NCBI GenBank assembly: GCA_036004745.1
Contig: DASYRD010000121.1
Span: forward strand, 1-35,915
DNA: 35,915 nucleotides
Direction: 5' to 3'
Source of the DNA: Gemmatimonadales bacterium
Lineage (GTDB): Bacteria; Gemmatimonadota; Gemmatimonadetes; Gemmatimonadales; GWC2-71-9
Shown here: one piece after another, positions 19,501-26,380 of the stretch
How the letters are laid out: every line of letters starts with the position of its first letter
Position numbering within the stretch: position 1 is the first letter of the stretch
The notes under the pieces: model-generated
Database searches by the model: none
Told to the model about the DNA's origin: nothing
Seen by the model: the letters and a program-made list of their open reading frames with translations, nothing else
Made by a program: the position numbers and the translations under genes

Positions 19501-22053
19501 CGCCACGGTGCCGGTCGGTTGCACCGTGAACGCAAGCTTCGCCGCGGGTCCCGGCGTGATGTCGAACCCCGTGCTCGTTGCAGTCGTCAGGGTCCCGGCG
19601 ACGGCGACGAACGTGTACCCACTGCCGGCCCGGTTGATGGCCAGGTCCGAGAAGGTGGCGACACCGTTCACCGCACTCCGGCTCGCCGTCCCGGCGAGGG
19701 TCCCGCCCCCCGGGTTGGCGCCGATCACCACGGTGACCAGGGTCGTCGCGGTCGTGACCGTGTTGCCGAACTCGTCTTGGATGGCGACCTGGAGGGTCGG
19801 CTGGATCGCCGCGCCTGCGATCGTGGTGCCGGGCTGTACGATGAACGCGAGCTTTGTGGCGCCGGCTGTGATGTCGAAGCTGCCGCTCGTCGCGCCCGGT
19901 AAGCCGCCCGAGGCAGCACTCAGCGTGTAGCCGGTGCCCATATTATTGATGGTCAAATCTCCGAAGGTCGCCACCCCGTTCACGACGCTCCGGCTCAGCG
20001 TCCCCGCGAGCGTCCCGCCGCTCGGGTTCGTCCCGATCGCCAGCGTGACGATCCCGGTGGCGCTCGGCACCGTATTCCCGAACGCATCCTGGATCGCCAC
20101 CTGCACGGCCGGCGTCAGTGCCGTCCCGGACACGGCCGTCGTCGGCTGCACGGTGAAGGCGAGCGTCGCGGGGACACCCGCCGCGACATTGAACCCCGCG
20201 CTGGTGCCCGTGGTCAAACCGCTGGCCGTCGCGGCCAACGTGTAACCCGTCCCGGCCTTGTTGAGGCTGAGATCCGAGAAGCTCGCGATGCCGCTCGCCG
20301 CGGTCTGCGTGAGCGTTCCGGTCAGCGTGGCGCCGCCGGGATTCGTGCCGATGGCCAGCGTGATACTCCCGCCGGCGCTCGCTACCGTGTTTCCGAACCC
20401 GTCCTGGATCGCGACCTGGACGGCCGGCGCGAGCGCGCTTCCGGCGACGGCGTTGGCCGGCGGCACGGAGAATCCGAGCTTCGTCGGGGCGCCCGCCGTG
20501 ACGTCGAATCCGCTGCTCGCTCCCGATCCCAGGCCGGGCGCCGTCGCAACCAGGGTGTAGCCGCTCCCGGCCTTGTGGACGCTCAGGTTCGCGAAGCTCG
20601 CGACGGCATTCACCGGGGCCCCGACGAGTGTTCCCTGGAGAGTGCCCCCGCCTGGATTCGTCCCGAGGGCGAGGGTGATCGGGGCGGTGGCGCTCGGCAC
20701 CGTATTGCCCAACGCGTCCTGGATCGCCACCTGCACCGCGGGACCGATCGTGTCGCCTGCGACGATCGTCGTCGGCTGAACGACGAAGGCGACCTTCGCC
20801 GCGGCTCCCGGATCGATGTCGAAACCGCCGCTCGTGGCGGCGGCGAGGCCGCTCGCGGTGGCGACAAGTGTGTAGGCGGTGCCCGCGCTCGCGATGCTCA
20901 GATCCGAGAACGTCGCGACCCCGGTGACAGCGCTCCGGCTCACGGTGCCTGCGAGGGTCCCGCCTCCGGGGTTCGTCCCGATCGACAGCGTGATCAGCGT
21001 CGTGGCATTCGCGACGGGCATGCCCAGCGAGTCCTGCACGGCGACCCGCAGCGGCGGCGAGATGACTCCGCCCGCGACCGTGCGGTTCGGCTGCACCGCG
21101 AATGCGAGCTGCTTGGGCACCTGCTGCACCGTCACGCCCGTGGTGTCGGAGACCGAGTCCACGGTCGCCGTGACGCCAGCCGTGCCGTTCGCGACTGCGG
21201 CTGCCAATCCGGGAGTAGGCCCGATCGACACGGCGCCGGGGTTGGTCGAGCTCCACGCGACGGCTGGTTGCGCAATCAGGCTGTCGCTCTTGTCCCACGC
21301 TTGCACGACGAGCTGTTGTGTTGCGGTGAGCGCGTTGAACTGTACCGCGCTCGGGCTCACCTGGACGCGCGCCGCGCGCTGGCGGACCGTCACGACGAAA
21401 TAGGCGTGCGCCGTGTCGACGCTGGCGCGGATGGTGTCGGTCCCATTCGCGACGGCGACGATCCTTCCGGAGGCGGGGTCAACGCGTACGGCACGCCCGG
21501 TGATGCCGCCGGCAGCGAGCTCATAGCGCGGTGTGATCGTCGCTGAGTCGCTGGGGCTCACGGGCGTGCTGTCGGCCGCCAAGTACCCGGGCCGGAAGTA
21601 GAGACTGTCTCCCAGCGCGGCCAATGTTGCACGGCCGCGCGTCGTATCGCTCAGGAGTGGCCGCATCGCGCTCACGATGACCCGCGCCACGAAGCTCGTC
21701 TCGGGTGGCGAAGCTCCGCTCGCCCCGGTCAGGAGCACCACGCGAATGGAGTCAGCGCCGCGCTTGCGGCCGAAGATGCGATTGGGCTCTACGATCGTGG
21801 CCAACGACGAGTCGCGGCTTTCGAGGCGGAGCCGAGCGTTGGGGAGCGCTTTCCCATCGACCAGCACGCTGATCGGGGCCACGACGGTGCCGCCGGTGGC
21901 GACGAGCACCGTATCCGAGGGGATGACGAATCGGATGCGAGGGGTCGGGGGCTCGGATGGGAGGATGCACGTGGTCAGCAGCGTCGCCAGCCCCGTGACG
22001 GCGAAGCCACGGCGCAGCAAACCGCGAGATTGGGGCGCCTTGCGATCGATCAC
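13528..22053 (-). CDS. Giant (2841 aa) secreted, possibly lipidated, surface protein: N-terminal Big_2-like domains followed by about 24 tandem invasin/intimin-type Big_1 Ig-like domains (adhesin / S-layer-like)
   Basis: GTG start at 22053. The signal MIDRKAPQSRGLLRRGFAVTGLATLLTTC is Tat-like with a Cys lipobox. The repeating ~105-aa unit is ...FTVQPttavAGsvitPAVQVavQDalGNTVtSattlvTLAIGTNPGGgTLaGTltrsAVNGVATFsDLSlDKAGtGYTLvATAsGLagATSaaFdit.G... The protein is very rich in A/T/G/S/V with almost no Cys, and is open across 8.5 kb. Confidence 0.9.
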   Translation of the reverse strand: MIDRKAPQSRGLLRRGFAVTGLATLLTTCILPSEPPTPRIRFVIPSDTVLVATGGTVVAPISVLVDGKALPNARLRLESRDSSLATIVEPNRIFGRKRGADSIRVVLLTGASGASPPETSFVARVIVSAMRPLLSDTTRGRATLAALGDSLYFRPGYLAADSTPVSPSDSATITPRYELAAGGITGRAVRVDPASGRIVAVANGTDTIRASVDTAHAYFVVTVRQRAARVQVSPSAVQFNALTATQQLVVQAWDKSDSLIAQPAVAWSSTNPGAVSIGPTPGLAAAVANGTAGVTATVDSVSDTTGVTVQQVPKQLAFAVQPNRTVAGGVISPPLRVAVQDSLGMPVANATTLITLSIGTNPGGGTLAGTVSRSAVTGVATFSDLSIASAGTAYTLVATASGLAAATSGGFDIDPGAAAKVAFVVQPTTIVAGDTIGPAVQVAIQDALGNTVPSATAPITLALGTNPGGGTLQGTLVGAPVNAVASFANLSVHKAGSGYTLVATAPGLGSGASSGFDVTAGAPTKLGFSVPPANAVAGSALAPAVQVAIQDGFGNTVASAGGSITLAIGTNPGGATLTGTLTQTAASGIASFSDLSLNKAGTGYTLAATASGLTTGTSAGFNVAAGVPATLAFTVQPTTAVSGTALTPAVQVAIQDAFGNTVPSATGIVTLAIGTNPSGGTLAGTLSRSVVNGVATFGDLTINNMGTGYTLSAASGGLPGATSGSFDITAGATKLAFIVQPGTTIAGAAIQPTLQVAIQDEFGNTVTTATTLVTVVIGANPGGGTLAGTASRSAVNGVATFSDLAINRAGSGYTFVAVAGTLTTATSTGFDITPGPAAKLAFTVQPTGTVAGGVMAPSVDVTVQDVLGNTVTSYAGSVSVAIGAGSGSPGATLSGTATKPTVAGVATFSDLGINKSGADYVLTASTSGLPVITSTTFNITAGPPAKLIVAVQPGATIAGAAISPAVQVAIQDALGNTVASANPSVTIAITPGTGNPSGTLGGTTTVAAVAGIATFSNLTVDKTGTAYTLTATASGVASAMSGSFDVGAGAAVQLAFSGQPGLVEAGSVLSPAVGVVAVDALGNTSTTFTGNVTVGLTVGTGTSGATLAGTTTLTAAGGTASFTTLSVDKAGSGYTFTATATGLGSATSAAFAVAPAPPARLAFTGEPSATQAGFPVSPAVRVALQDAFGNTVTSATTLVTVAIGTNPGGSNLTGTLSQNAVAGVATFTDLSLDRSGTGYTLTATAAGVASATSTTFGVTLGAPSRLVFVVQPSAATAGSIMGPTLQVAAQDSLGNTVTGFNGAVTVAITSGTGSPDATLSGTRTVTAASGVASFADLSLDKIGVGYTLTAVAPALTSTVSASFAVSSGPAVRLAFTLEPPSTTASGASLTPAVRVTVQDGLGNTVSGPASVTLALTPGSGTSGAILSGTTTVAAVAGVALFSDLSVDKAGTGYTLSATASGLTGATSVAFAIVPAPPSRLAFSVQPTTIAAGAVMTPAVQVTILDAQGNPVPSASNDITLSIANNAGGGTLAGTLTRTAVNGVATFADLSLDKAGTGYTLAATAGGLATATSIDFNVAPGSATQVAFTVQPSATVAGSVITPLVQVAVEDAYGNTVTSASSLVILALGANPGGSTLAGTLTRNAVNGVVTFSDLSLNKAGTGYTLVATTNGLAGATSAGFAVTAGMPSRLAVTSQPSTTAAGSIIAPAIQVSVLDSLGNVDTTFAGSVAMVIGSNPGGGTLSGTLSQTAVRGVASFADLSIDRAATGYTVAATGSGLTGATSTTFNIIPGAASKLGFTVQPSGAAAGATLTPAVRVTVQDAFDNVVTSAAPSVTLAITTGAGTSGATLSGTPTVVAVGGVALFSDLNIDRAGTGYALTATASGLAEATSSGFDIVAGAPAKLGFSVQPSVAAVGGVIAPAVRVAVQDALGNTVINATSLITVAIGTNPTGGTLSGTLTQSALNGVATFGDLSINAAGIGYTLTTTASGVAGTTSAPFTISSGTPSRLVFTVQPATASAGSLITPDVQVTVRDSLGNTVTSATTLITLAIGTNPSGATLSGTVSRSAANGVASFSDLAIALASSGYTLVATASGLAGGTSAAFDVTPSTATNLAVAAQPTVTQAGSNLAPALQVLARDAFGNTATSFTGNVTVAITVGTGAPGAVLSGTTTRPALAGVALFSDLSIDKAGSGYTLSTTSSGLAGATSAAFGIVPAPASRLAFSVQPSNTVAGRAITPAVKVTAQDPFGNTDTTFTGSVTVVITGGTGTSGAVLSGTRTVSAVKGVATFSTLNINLPGSGYTLTSTAAGLVAATSSGFNITPSTLAFTVQPTTATAGSVITPAIRVTASDTTFTGQITVAITAGTGSPGAVLSGTKTVNAVLGVATFSNLSINKTGNNYTLTASSAGFTSAVSTAFNITPGAAARLVFSGQPTTAAAGSVIAPAVQVTAADALGNAVPSFTGSVTVAIASGTGAVGAQLGGPKTVAAVNGVATFANLNIDKAATGYALAASATGLTSATSTAFNITPGLAANLAFTVQPVTTSAGASVTPAVQVTVQDALGNTVTSSTAQITVAIGTNPGGATLGGTLTQSAVGGIATFAGLSLNKAGTGYTLTAAATGLAGATSASFNITPGSTTSLVFSVQPRTTPKGMNMTPALQVTARDAFGNTATGFAGPVTVAITSGTGAAGAILSGTLTVTAVNGVATFGDLNIDRQGSAYTLTATSSGLTAATSTVFDITVATRLVFTVQPTTAPVGATITPAVQVTAFDDFGNAVTNWVGSMTLAITNGTGTQGASLRGTTTVAAVNGTATFSDLNITKVGTGYSLTATATGLVSAISAAFSIQ
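13560..20950. repeat. Intragenic tandem repeat array, unit about 315 bp (309-318), about 23-24 copies, encoding the Big_1 Ig-like domains
   Basis: The periodicity is visible directly: antisense pseudo-ORFs recur at 13610, 13928, 14243, 14558, 14867, 15176, 15494... with similar translations, and the sense protein repeats correspondingly. The units are similar at the DNA level, not only the protein level. Confidence 0.85.
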
Positions 22054-22243
22054 AAAAACCAGGGTGTGAAGAGCGCAAAATCACACGCTCGGTCACGGGC
22101 CTTAACCCCGGGGGGCGCTACCGGAGTGCGGTCACCAATCTGACGTCAACGCGACCACGCAAACAAGGAACGGGTCCGCCTGGAATCTGTGACGGAGATC
22201 ACGCCTGGCCCGAAGGCTGTTTTGGGTGATAGGATGTCACCCT

Positions 22244-23638
22244 ATGATTACCGCACTCCTCCTCGCCCTGCAGCTCGGCACACCGCCCGTCTACGAGCGC
22301 GTGATCCTCGGCGGCCGCCTGATCGACCCGGCCTCCAACCTCGATGCCGTCCGGAACATCGGCATCTCGAGCGGGCGCATCGCCGTCATTACGACGCGTG
22401 CCGTAGAAGGTCGCGACACGGTCGACGCGCGGGGCCTGGTCGTCACACCCGGGTTCATCGACCTCCACGCCCACGGGCAGGCCCCCGAGACCTATCGGTT
22501 CTACGCGCTCGACGGCGTGACGACAGCGCTCGAGCTCGAGCTCGGCACCTCCGACGTCGCTGCCTGGTACCGCGAACGCGAGGCCGGTGAGCGCATCAAC
22601 TACGGCGTCTCGATCGGCCACATCAAAGTCCGGATGGCGGTGATGCATGATCCCGGCACCCGCATGCCGGTGGCCGACGGCGCCTATCGCCCGGCGACGC
22701 CCGAACAGATCGCTGAGATCGCGCAACGCATCGAGAACGGGTTGAACGAAGGCGCGGTCAGCATCGGCGCCGGGTTTCCGTACACGCCCGCGGCCACACA
22801 CGAGGAGCTGCTCGCGGTGTTCCGCGTCGCCGCCAAGACCAAGACACCGATCCACGTGCACATTATCCCCGGACTCGCCGGGCTCAGAGCCGCCCTCGCG
22901 CTCGCCGGCGAAACCGGCGCCCCATTGCACGTGGTGCACATCAACAGCAGCGGTCAAGCTGAGACGCGCGCGTTGCTCGATGCCGTCAGAGAGGCGCGGG
23001 CGCACGGACTTGCCGTCAGCACGGAGGCATATCCCTATGACGCCGGCATGACGGAGATTCAATCCTCCGTGATCCAAGACGTTTACAAGAATGCTCCCGA
23101 TGAGCGCCTGGCCGAGCTCGAATGGCCGCGGACGGGCGAACGGCTCAATCGCGAGAGCTTCGATCGTTACACCAAGACCGGCGGTCCCCTCGTGATTCAT
23201 ACGAACACAGAGGAGATGGTGGCCGTGGCGATTACGAGCCCGCTCACGATCATTGCGAGCGATGCGTACTGGCAGGACGGCACGGGTCATCCGCGGACGA
23301 CGGGCACGTTCGCCCGAGTCCTCGGCCGCTACGTGCGCGAAACGCACGGACTGAGTCTGATGGACGCGATCCGCAAGATGACCCTCTGGCCCGCGCAGCG
23401 ACTCGAGGCGCGAGTCCCCTCCATGAAACAGAAAGGGCGACTCCTTGTCGGCGCTGACGCAGACATTACGATCTTCGATGCCGCCACGGTGCTCGATCGC
23501 TCGACGTATCGCGAGCCTTCGCTCCCACCTGTGGGCATTCAACACGTGATCGTGAACGGCGTGTCGGTCGTCAAGAACGGGCAAGCAGTTGAAGGGGTCT
23601 CACCAGGAAAGGCGGTACGAGCGGGGGCACCACAATGA
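22244..23638 (+). CDS. Amidohydrolase of the N-acyl-D-amino-acid deacylase (D-aminoacylase) family; candidate N-acetyl-amino-sugar-acid deacetylase
   Basis: Motifs GLVVTPGFIDLHAHGQ (metal-binding HxH), IHVHI, LHVVHIN and VIASDA are characteristic of D-aminoacylase-type amidohydrolases. Start is ATG at 22244 (or GTG at 22226). It overlaps the next gene (ATGA). Confidence 0.8.
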   Translation: MITALLLALQLGTPPVYERVILGGRLIDPASNLDAVRNIGISSGRIAVITTRAVEGRDTVDARGLVVTPGFIDLHAHGQAPETYRFYALDGVTTALELELGTSDVAAWYREREAGERINYGVSIGHIKVRMAVMHDPGTRMPVADGAYRPATPEQIAEIAQRIENGLNEGAVSIGAGFPYTPAATHEELLAVFRVAAKTKTPIHVHIIPGLAGLRAALALAGETGAPLHVVHINSSGQAETRALLDAVREARAHGLAVSTEAYPYDAGMTEIQSSVIQDVYKNAPDERLAELEWPRTGERLNRESFDRYTKTGGPLVIHTNTEEMVAVAITSPLTIIASDAYWQDGTGHPRTTGTFARVLGRYVRETHGLSLMDAIRKMTLWPAQRLEARVPSMKQKGRLLVGADADITIFDAATVLDRSTYREPSLPPVGIQHVIVNGVSVVKNGQAVEGVSPGKAVRAGAPQ

Positions 23639-24687
23639 CCCAGGCGCCGACGGATCCCGACCTTCTTTATGTAGGGACGTATACCGAGAACATCCATCTC
23701 GTTCGCATGGACCGGCGTTCCGGGGAGCTGACGGCAGTCGGTACCGCCAACGCCGGCGGCAACCCGTCCTTCCTTATTATCCACCCAGATCGCCGCGTGC
23801 TCTACGCCGTCAACGAACGGGAGAAGGACGGCGGCGTCAGCGCGTTCGCGATTGACAAAGCCACCGGCGCCCTCACCAAGCTGAACGAGCAGCCGTCGCA
23901 GGGCGGCGCGCCCTGCTACGTGAGCGTGGACCGAACGGGCCGCGTCGCCCTGATCGCCAACTACGTCGGCGGCAACGTTGGCTTGCTGCCCATCGAGACG
24001 AATGGAGCGCTCGCCCCCGCGCATATGGTGCAGCACACGGGGAAAGGACCGAACACCGAGCGCCAGGAAGGGCCGCACGCCCACTGCATCATTCCCGATC
24101 CCTCGAGCCGCTTCGCGCTCGCCGCGGACCTGGGCGCCGACCGCGTCTTTGTCTATCGTCTGGACCTGGACGAGAGAGCGCTGCAACACGTCGGCGAAGC
24201 CGTCATGCGCCCCGGCGCGGGCCCGCGCCACCTCGCGTTCCACCCCACCCTGCCCCTCGTGTACGTCGCCAACGAGCTCGATTCCACGGTCGCGACGCTG
24301 CGATTTGACTCGGGCGCCGGCACACTGACTCCGCAGAGCGCCATTTCGACGCTGCCGCCTGGATGGACCGGGGGGGGCCCGAATTACCCGGCCGACATCC
24401 ACCTCGCGGCCAACGGACGCACGCTCTACGTCTCGAACCGCGGCCACAACAGCATCGCCCTGTTTTCCGTGACCACCGCGGGCGCGCTCGAGCTCGAGCA
24501 GACCGTCTCCAGCCTCGGCGACTGGCCGCGCAACTTCAGCCTCGATCCCACGGAGCGGTGGCTCCTCGTCGCCCATCAGCGGTCCAACTCCGTCATCGTG
24601 TTCCGTCGTGATCCGGACACCGGCGAGTTGTCCCCCACGCGAAATCGGCTCGAAATCCCCAGCCCAGTCTGTCTGCGGTTCGCTTGA
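23635..24687 (+). CDS. Lactonase, 7-bladed beta-propeller family (6-phosphogluconolactonase / sugar-lactone hydrolase-like)
   Basis: LYVGTYTENIHLVRMD...GGNPSFLIIHPDRRVLYAVNE...GAPCYVSVDRTGRVALIANYVGGNV...HCIIPDPSSRFALAADLGADRVFVY is the typical Pgl/YbhE-like lactonase organisation. Confidence 0.85.
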   Translation: MTQAPTDPDLLYVGTYTENIHLVRMDRRSGELTAVGTANAGGNPSFLIIHPDRRVLYAVNEREKDGGVSAFAIDKATGALTKLNEQPSQGGAPCYVSVDRTGRVALIANYVGGNVGLLPIETNGALAPAHMVQHTGKGPNTERQEGPHAHCIIPDPSSRFALAADLGADRVFVYRLDLDERALQHVGEAVMRPGAGPRHLAFHPTLPLVYVANELDSTVATLRFDSGAGTLTPQSAISTLPPGWTGGGPNYPADIHLAANGRTLYVSNRGHNSIALFSVTTAGALELEQTVSSLGDWPRNFSLDPTERWLLVAHQRSNSVIVFRRDPDTGELSPTRNRLEIPSPVCLRFA

Positions 24688-26006
24688 CGGAGCTCCGTCG
24701 AGTCATCGGGTTCGCCGGGGGAGTCGCGCTGATCGTCGGCATCACGATCGGCAGCGGGATCTTCCGCACGCCTCCCACGATCGCCGGGCTCGTCCCCAAC
24801 CCGCTCGTCATCATGGGCCTGTGGACGGCGTTCGGGTTGATCAGCATCTGCGGCGCGCTCACCGTTGCCGAGCTGACCTCGCTTTTGCCGCAGGCCGGCG
24901 GCGTCTACGTGTTCCTGCGCGAGTCGTACGGCGATGCCGCCGCGTTCGTGTTCGGCTGGTTGTACGTGCTGATCACGACGCCCACCACCGTCGCCGCGCT
25001 GGCCGTGGTCTTCGCCGAGTTCCTGCTCAACCTCCTCGGCGCGACCGTCGACGCGAGAGTCCAGCTCATCGCGATCGCCTCGATCGTCATCCTCACGGCG
25101 GCCAACGTGCTCGGCGCGCGCGTCGGGGCCGCGGTGAGCGGCGTGACCACGCTCGTGAAGGTGATCGCGCTGGTCGCAATCATTGTCGGCGTCTTTCTCC
25201 TGGGCCACGGCAGCTTCTCGAACATCACCGAGGGAGGCGCCGTGCAGGGCGGCGGTCTCGCGCGAGCGGTGGCCGCGGTCATTTGGACCTACGACGGCTG
25301 GGTCGCCGTCAGCATGATCGCCGGGGAAGTCGTGGCGCCGGAGCGCCTGATGAAGCGCATCATCATCGTCGGGATGCTGGTGATCGTGACGCTCTACATC
25401 GGCGCGAATCTCGCCTACCTGTACATGATGCCCGTCGGCGTCATGGCGCAGCAAAAAGAAGCGATCGCGCGGACGGTGATGACGGCGATCATGGGACCCG
25501 CGGGTGGCACCCTCATCATGCTCGCGATCATGACGAGCATCTTCGGCGCGTTGAACGGCAATCTCTTGGCCAAGCCGCGCGTCGCCTATGCGATGGGACG
25601 GGACGGGCTCACCTTCGCGTTTCTTGGCAAGATCCATCCGCGCTGGTCCACGCCGTGGGCGGCGCAGGCGATCGTGGGCGTTGTCGCGATTCTCATGGTG
25701 CTGGCGCTCAGGGATTACGACGCGCTCATCACGTACTTTGTGGTCATCGAGTGGGGCGCGTTGATTTTCGCGGTGTGTGCAGTCTTCGTGCTGCGACGGA
25801 AGATGGCCGAGGCCCCTCGACCCTTCCGCACCCCTCTGTATCCGTGGGTGCCCCTGTTTTTCGTGGTGGGCACGATCATTGGTCTATCCGCGATCGTGTG
25901 GGGACAGATTCAGGTCGGCAACTATGCGCCGATTTACGGGCTGGGCATCGCGGCGGCAGGATTCCCCGTTCATCACCTTTGGAAACGATTGAAGAGGAGC
26001 GCATGA
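24684..26006 (+). CDS. APC-superfamily amino-acid(-like) permease
   Basis: TTG start overlaps the lactonase stop (TTGA). Twelve predicted transmembrane segments. N-terminal GFAGGVALIVGITIGSGIFRTP is the APC signature region. Confidence 0.85.
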   Translation: MTELRRVIGFAGGVALIVGITIGSGIFRTPPTIAGLVPNPLVIMGLWTAFGLISICGALTVAELTSLLPQAGGVYVFLRESYGDAAAFVFGWLYVLITTPTTVAALAVVFAEFLLNLLGATVDARVQLIAIASIVILTAANVLGARVGAAVSGVTTLVKVIALVAIIVGVFLLGHGSFSNITEGGAVQGGGLARAVAAVIWTYDGWVAVSMIAGEVVAPERLMKRIIIVGMLVIVTLYIGANLAYLYMMPVGVMAQQKEAIARTVMTAIMGPAGGTLIMLAIMTSIFGALNGNLLAKPRVAYAMGRDGLTFAFLGKIHPRWSTPWAAQAIVGVVAILMVLALRDYDALITYFVVIEWGALIFAVCAVFVLRRKMAEAPRPFRTPLYPWVPLFFVVGTIIGLSAIVWGQIQVGNYAPIYGLGIAAAGFPVHHLWKRLKRSA

Positions 26007-26380
26007 GAAACGCCGTACTGACCGAGAAGGCCCCCAAACCCCTCGGTCCCTATTCGCAGGCCATCATCGAAGGCGATTTCATTTTCGTCGCCGGCCAGGG
26101 TTGCACGAATCCAGCCACCGGGAAACTCGAACGGGGCGACGTGCGGTCGGAGACGAAGCAGGTCTTTGCGAACATACGGGCGATTCTCGAGGCAGCGGGC
26201 TCGTCCCTCGATGCGGTCGTCAAGTGCAACGTGTATCTGCGCGACATCAACGACTTCGCCGCGATGAACGAGGTGTACCTGACCCACTTCTCGGCGCCCT
26301 TCCCCGCGCGCACGACGATTCAAGCGGGCGCGCTGCCGGGCGGGATCGCTGTTGAGATTGAGTGCATCGCCAAAAGATGA
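26003..26380 (+). CDS. ridA: RidA / YjgF / endoribonuclease L-PSP family enamine-imine deaminase
   Basis: MRNAVLTEKAPKPLGPYSQAIIEGDFIFVAGQ...VVKCNVYLRDINDFAAMNEVY...PARTTIQAGALPGGIAVEIECIA is the canonical RidA fold sequence. ATGA overlap with the permease gene. Confidence 0.85.
   Translation: MRNAVLTEKAPKPLGPYSQAIIEGDFIFVAGQGCTNPATGKLERGDVRSETKQVFANIRAILEAAGSSLDAVVKCNVYLRDINDFAAMNEVYLTHFSAPFPARTTIQAGALPGGIAVEIECIAKR

Noticed and set aside
13560-20950. Possibility that the regular ~315-bp repeats represent a CRISPR array, satellite or mobile-element array
   Set aside because: The units are about 315 bp with no short conserved repeat and variable spacer structure. They lie in one continuous 8.5-kb reading frame with strong codon bias and encode Ig-like domains. 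No cas, transposase or integrase genes occur anywhere in the window.
13610-21403. Dozens of 60-450-aa ORFs on the plus strand and other minus frames inside the giant gene (e.g. 13610, 13928, 14243, ..., 19943-21298, 20575-21546)
   Set aside because: These are antisense or alternative-frame shadows of the 315-bp coding repeat. Their periodic recurrence with similar sequences is a consequence of the repeat, not evidence of separate genes or of a CRISPR or other non-coding array.
22064-22086. GTGTGA...TCACAC read as a canonical CRP/FNR binding site
   Set aside because: The spacer is 11 nt rather than the 6 nt of the CRP/FNR consensus, so it is kept only as a generic inverted repeat in the findings and not called as a CRP site.
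24608-26380. 590-aa plus-strand ORF spanning the permease region
   Set aside because: It is in a different frame from the APC permease (24684-26006) and is Arg/Gly/Asp-rich low-complexity sequence. Only its last ~126 codons (26003-26380) are genuine, corresponding to the RidA gene. It is a GC-rich read-through artefact.
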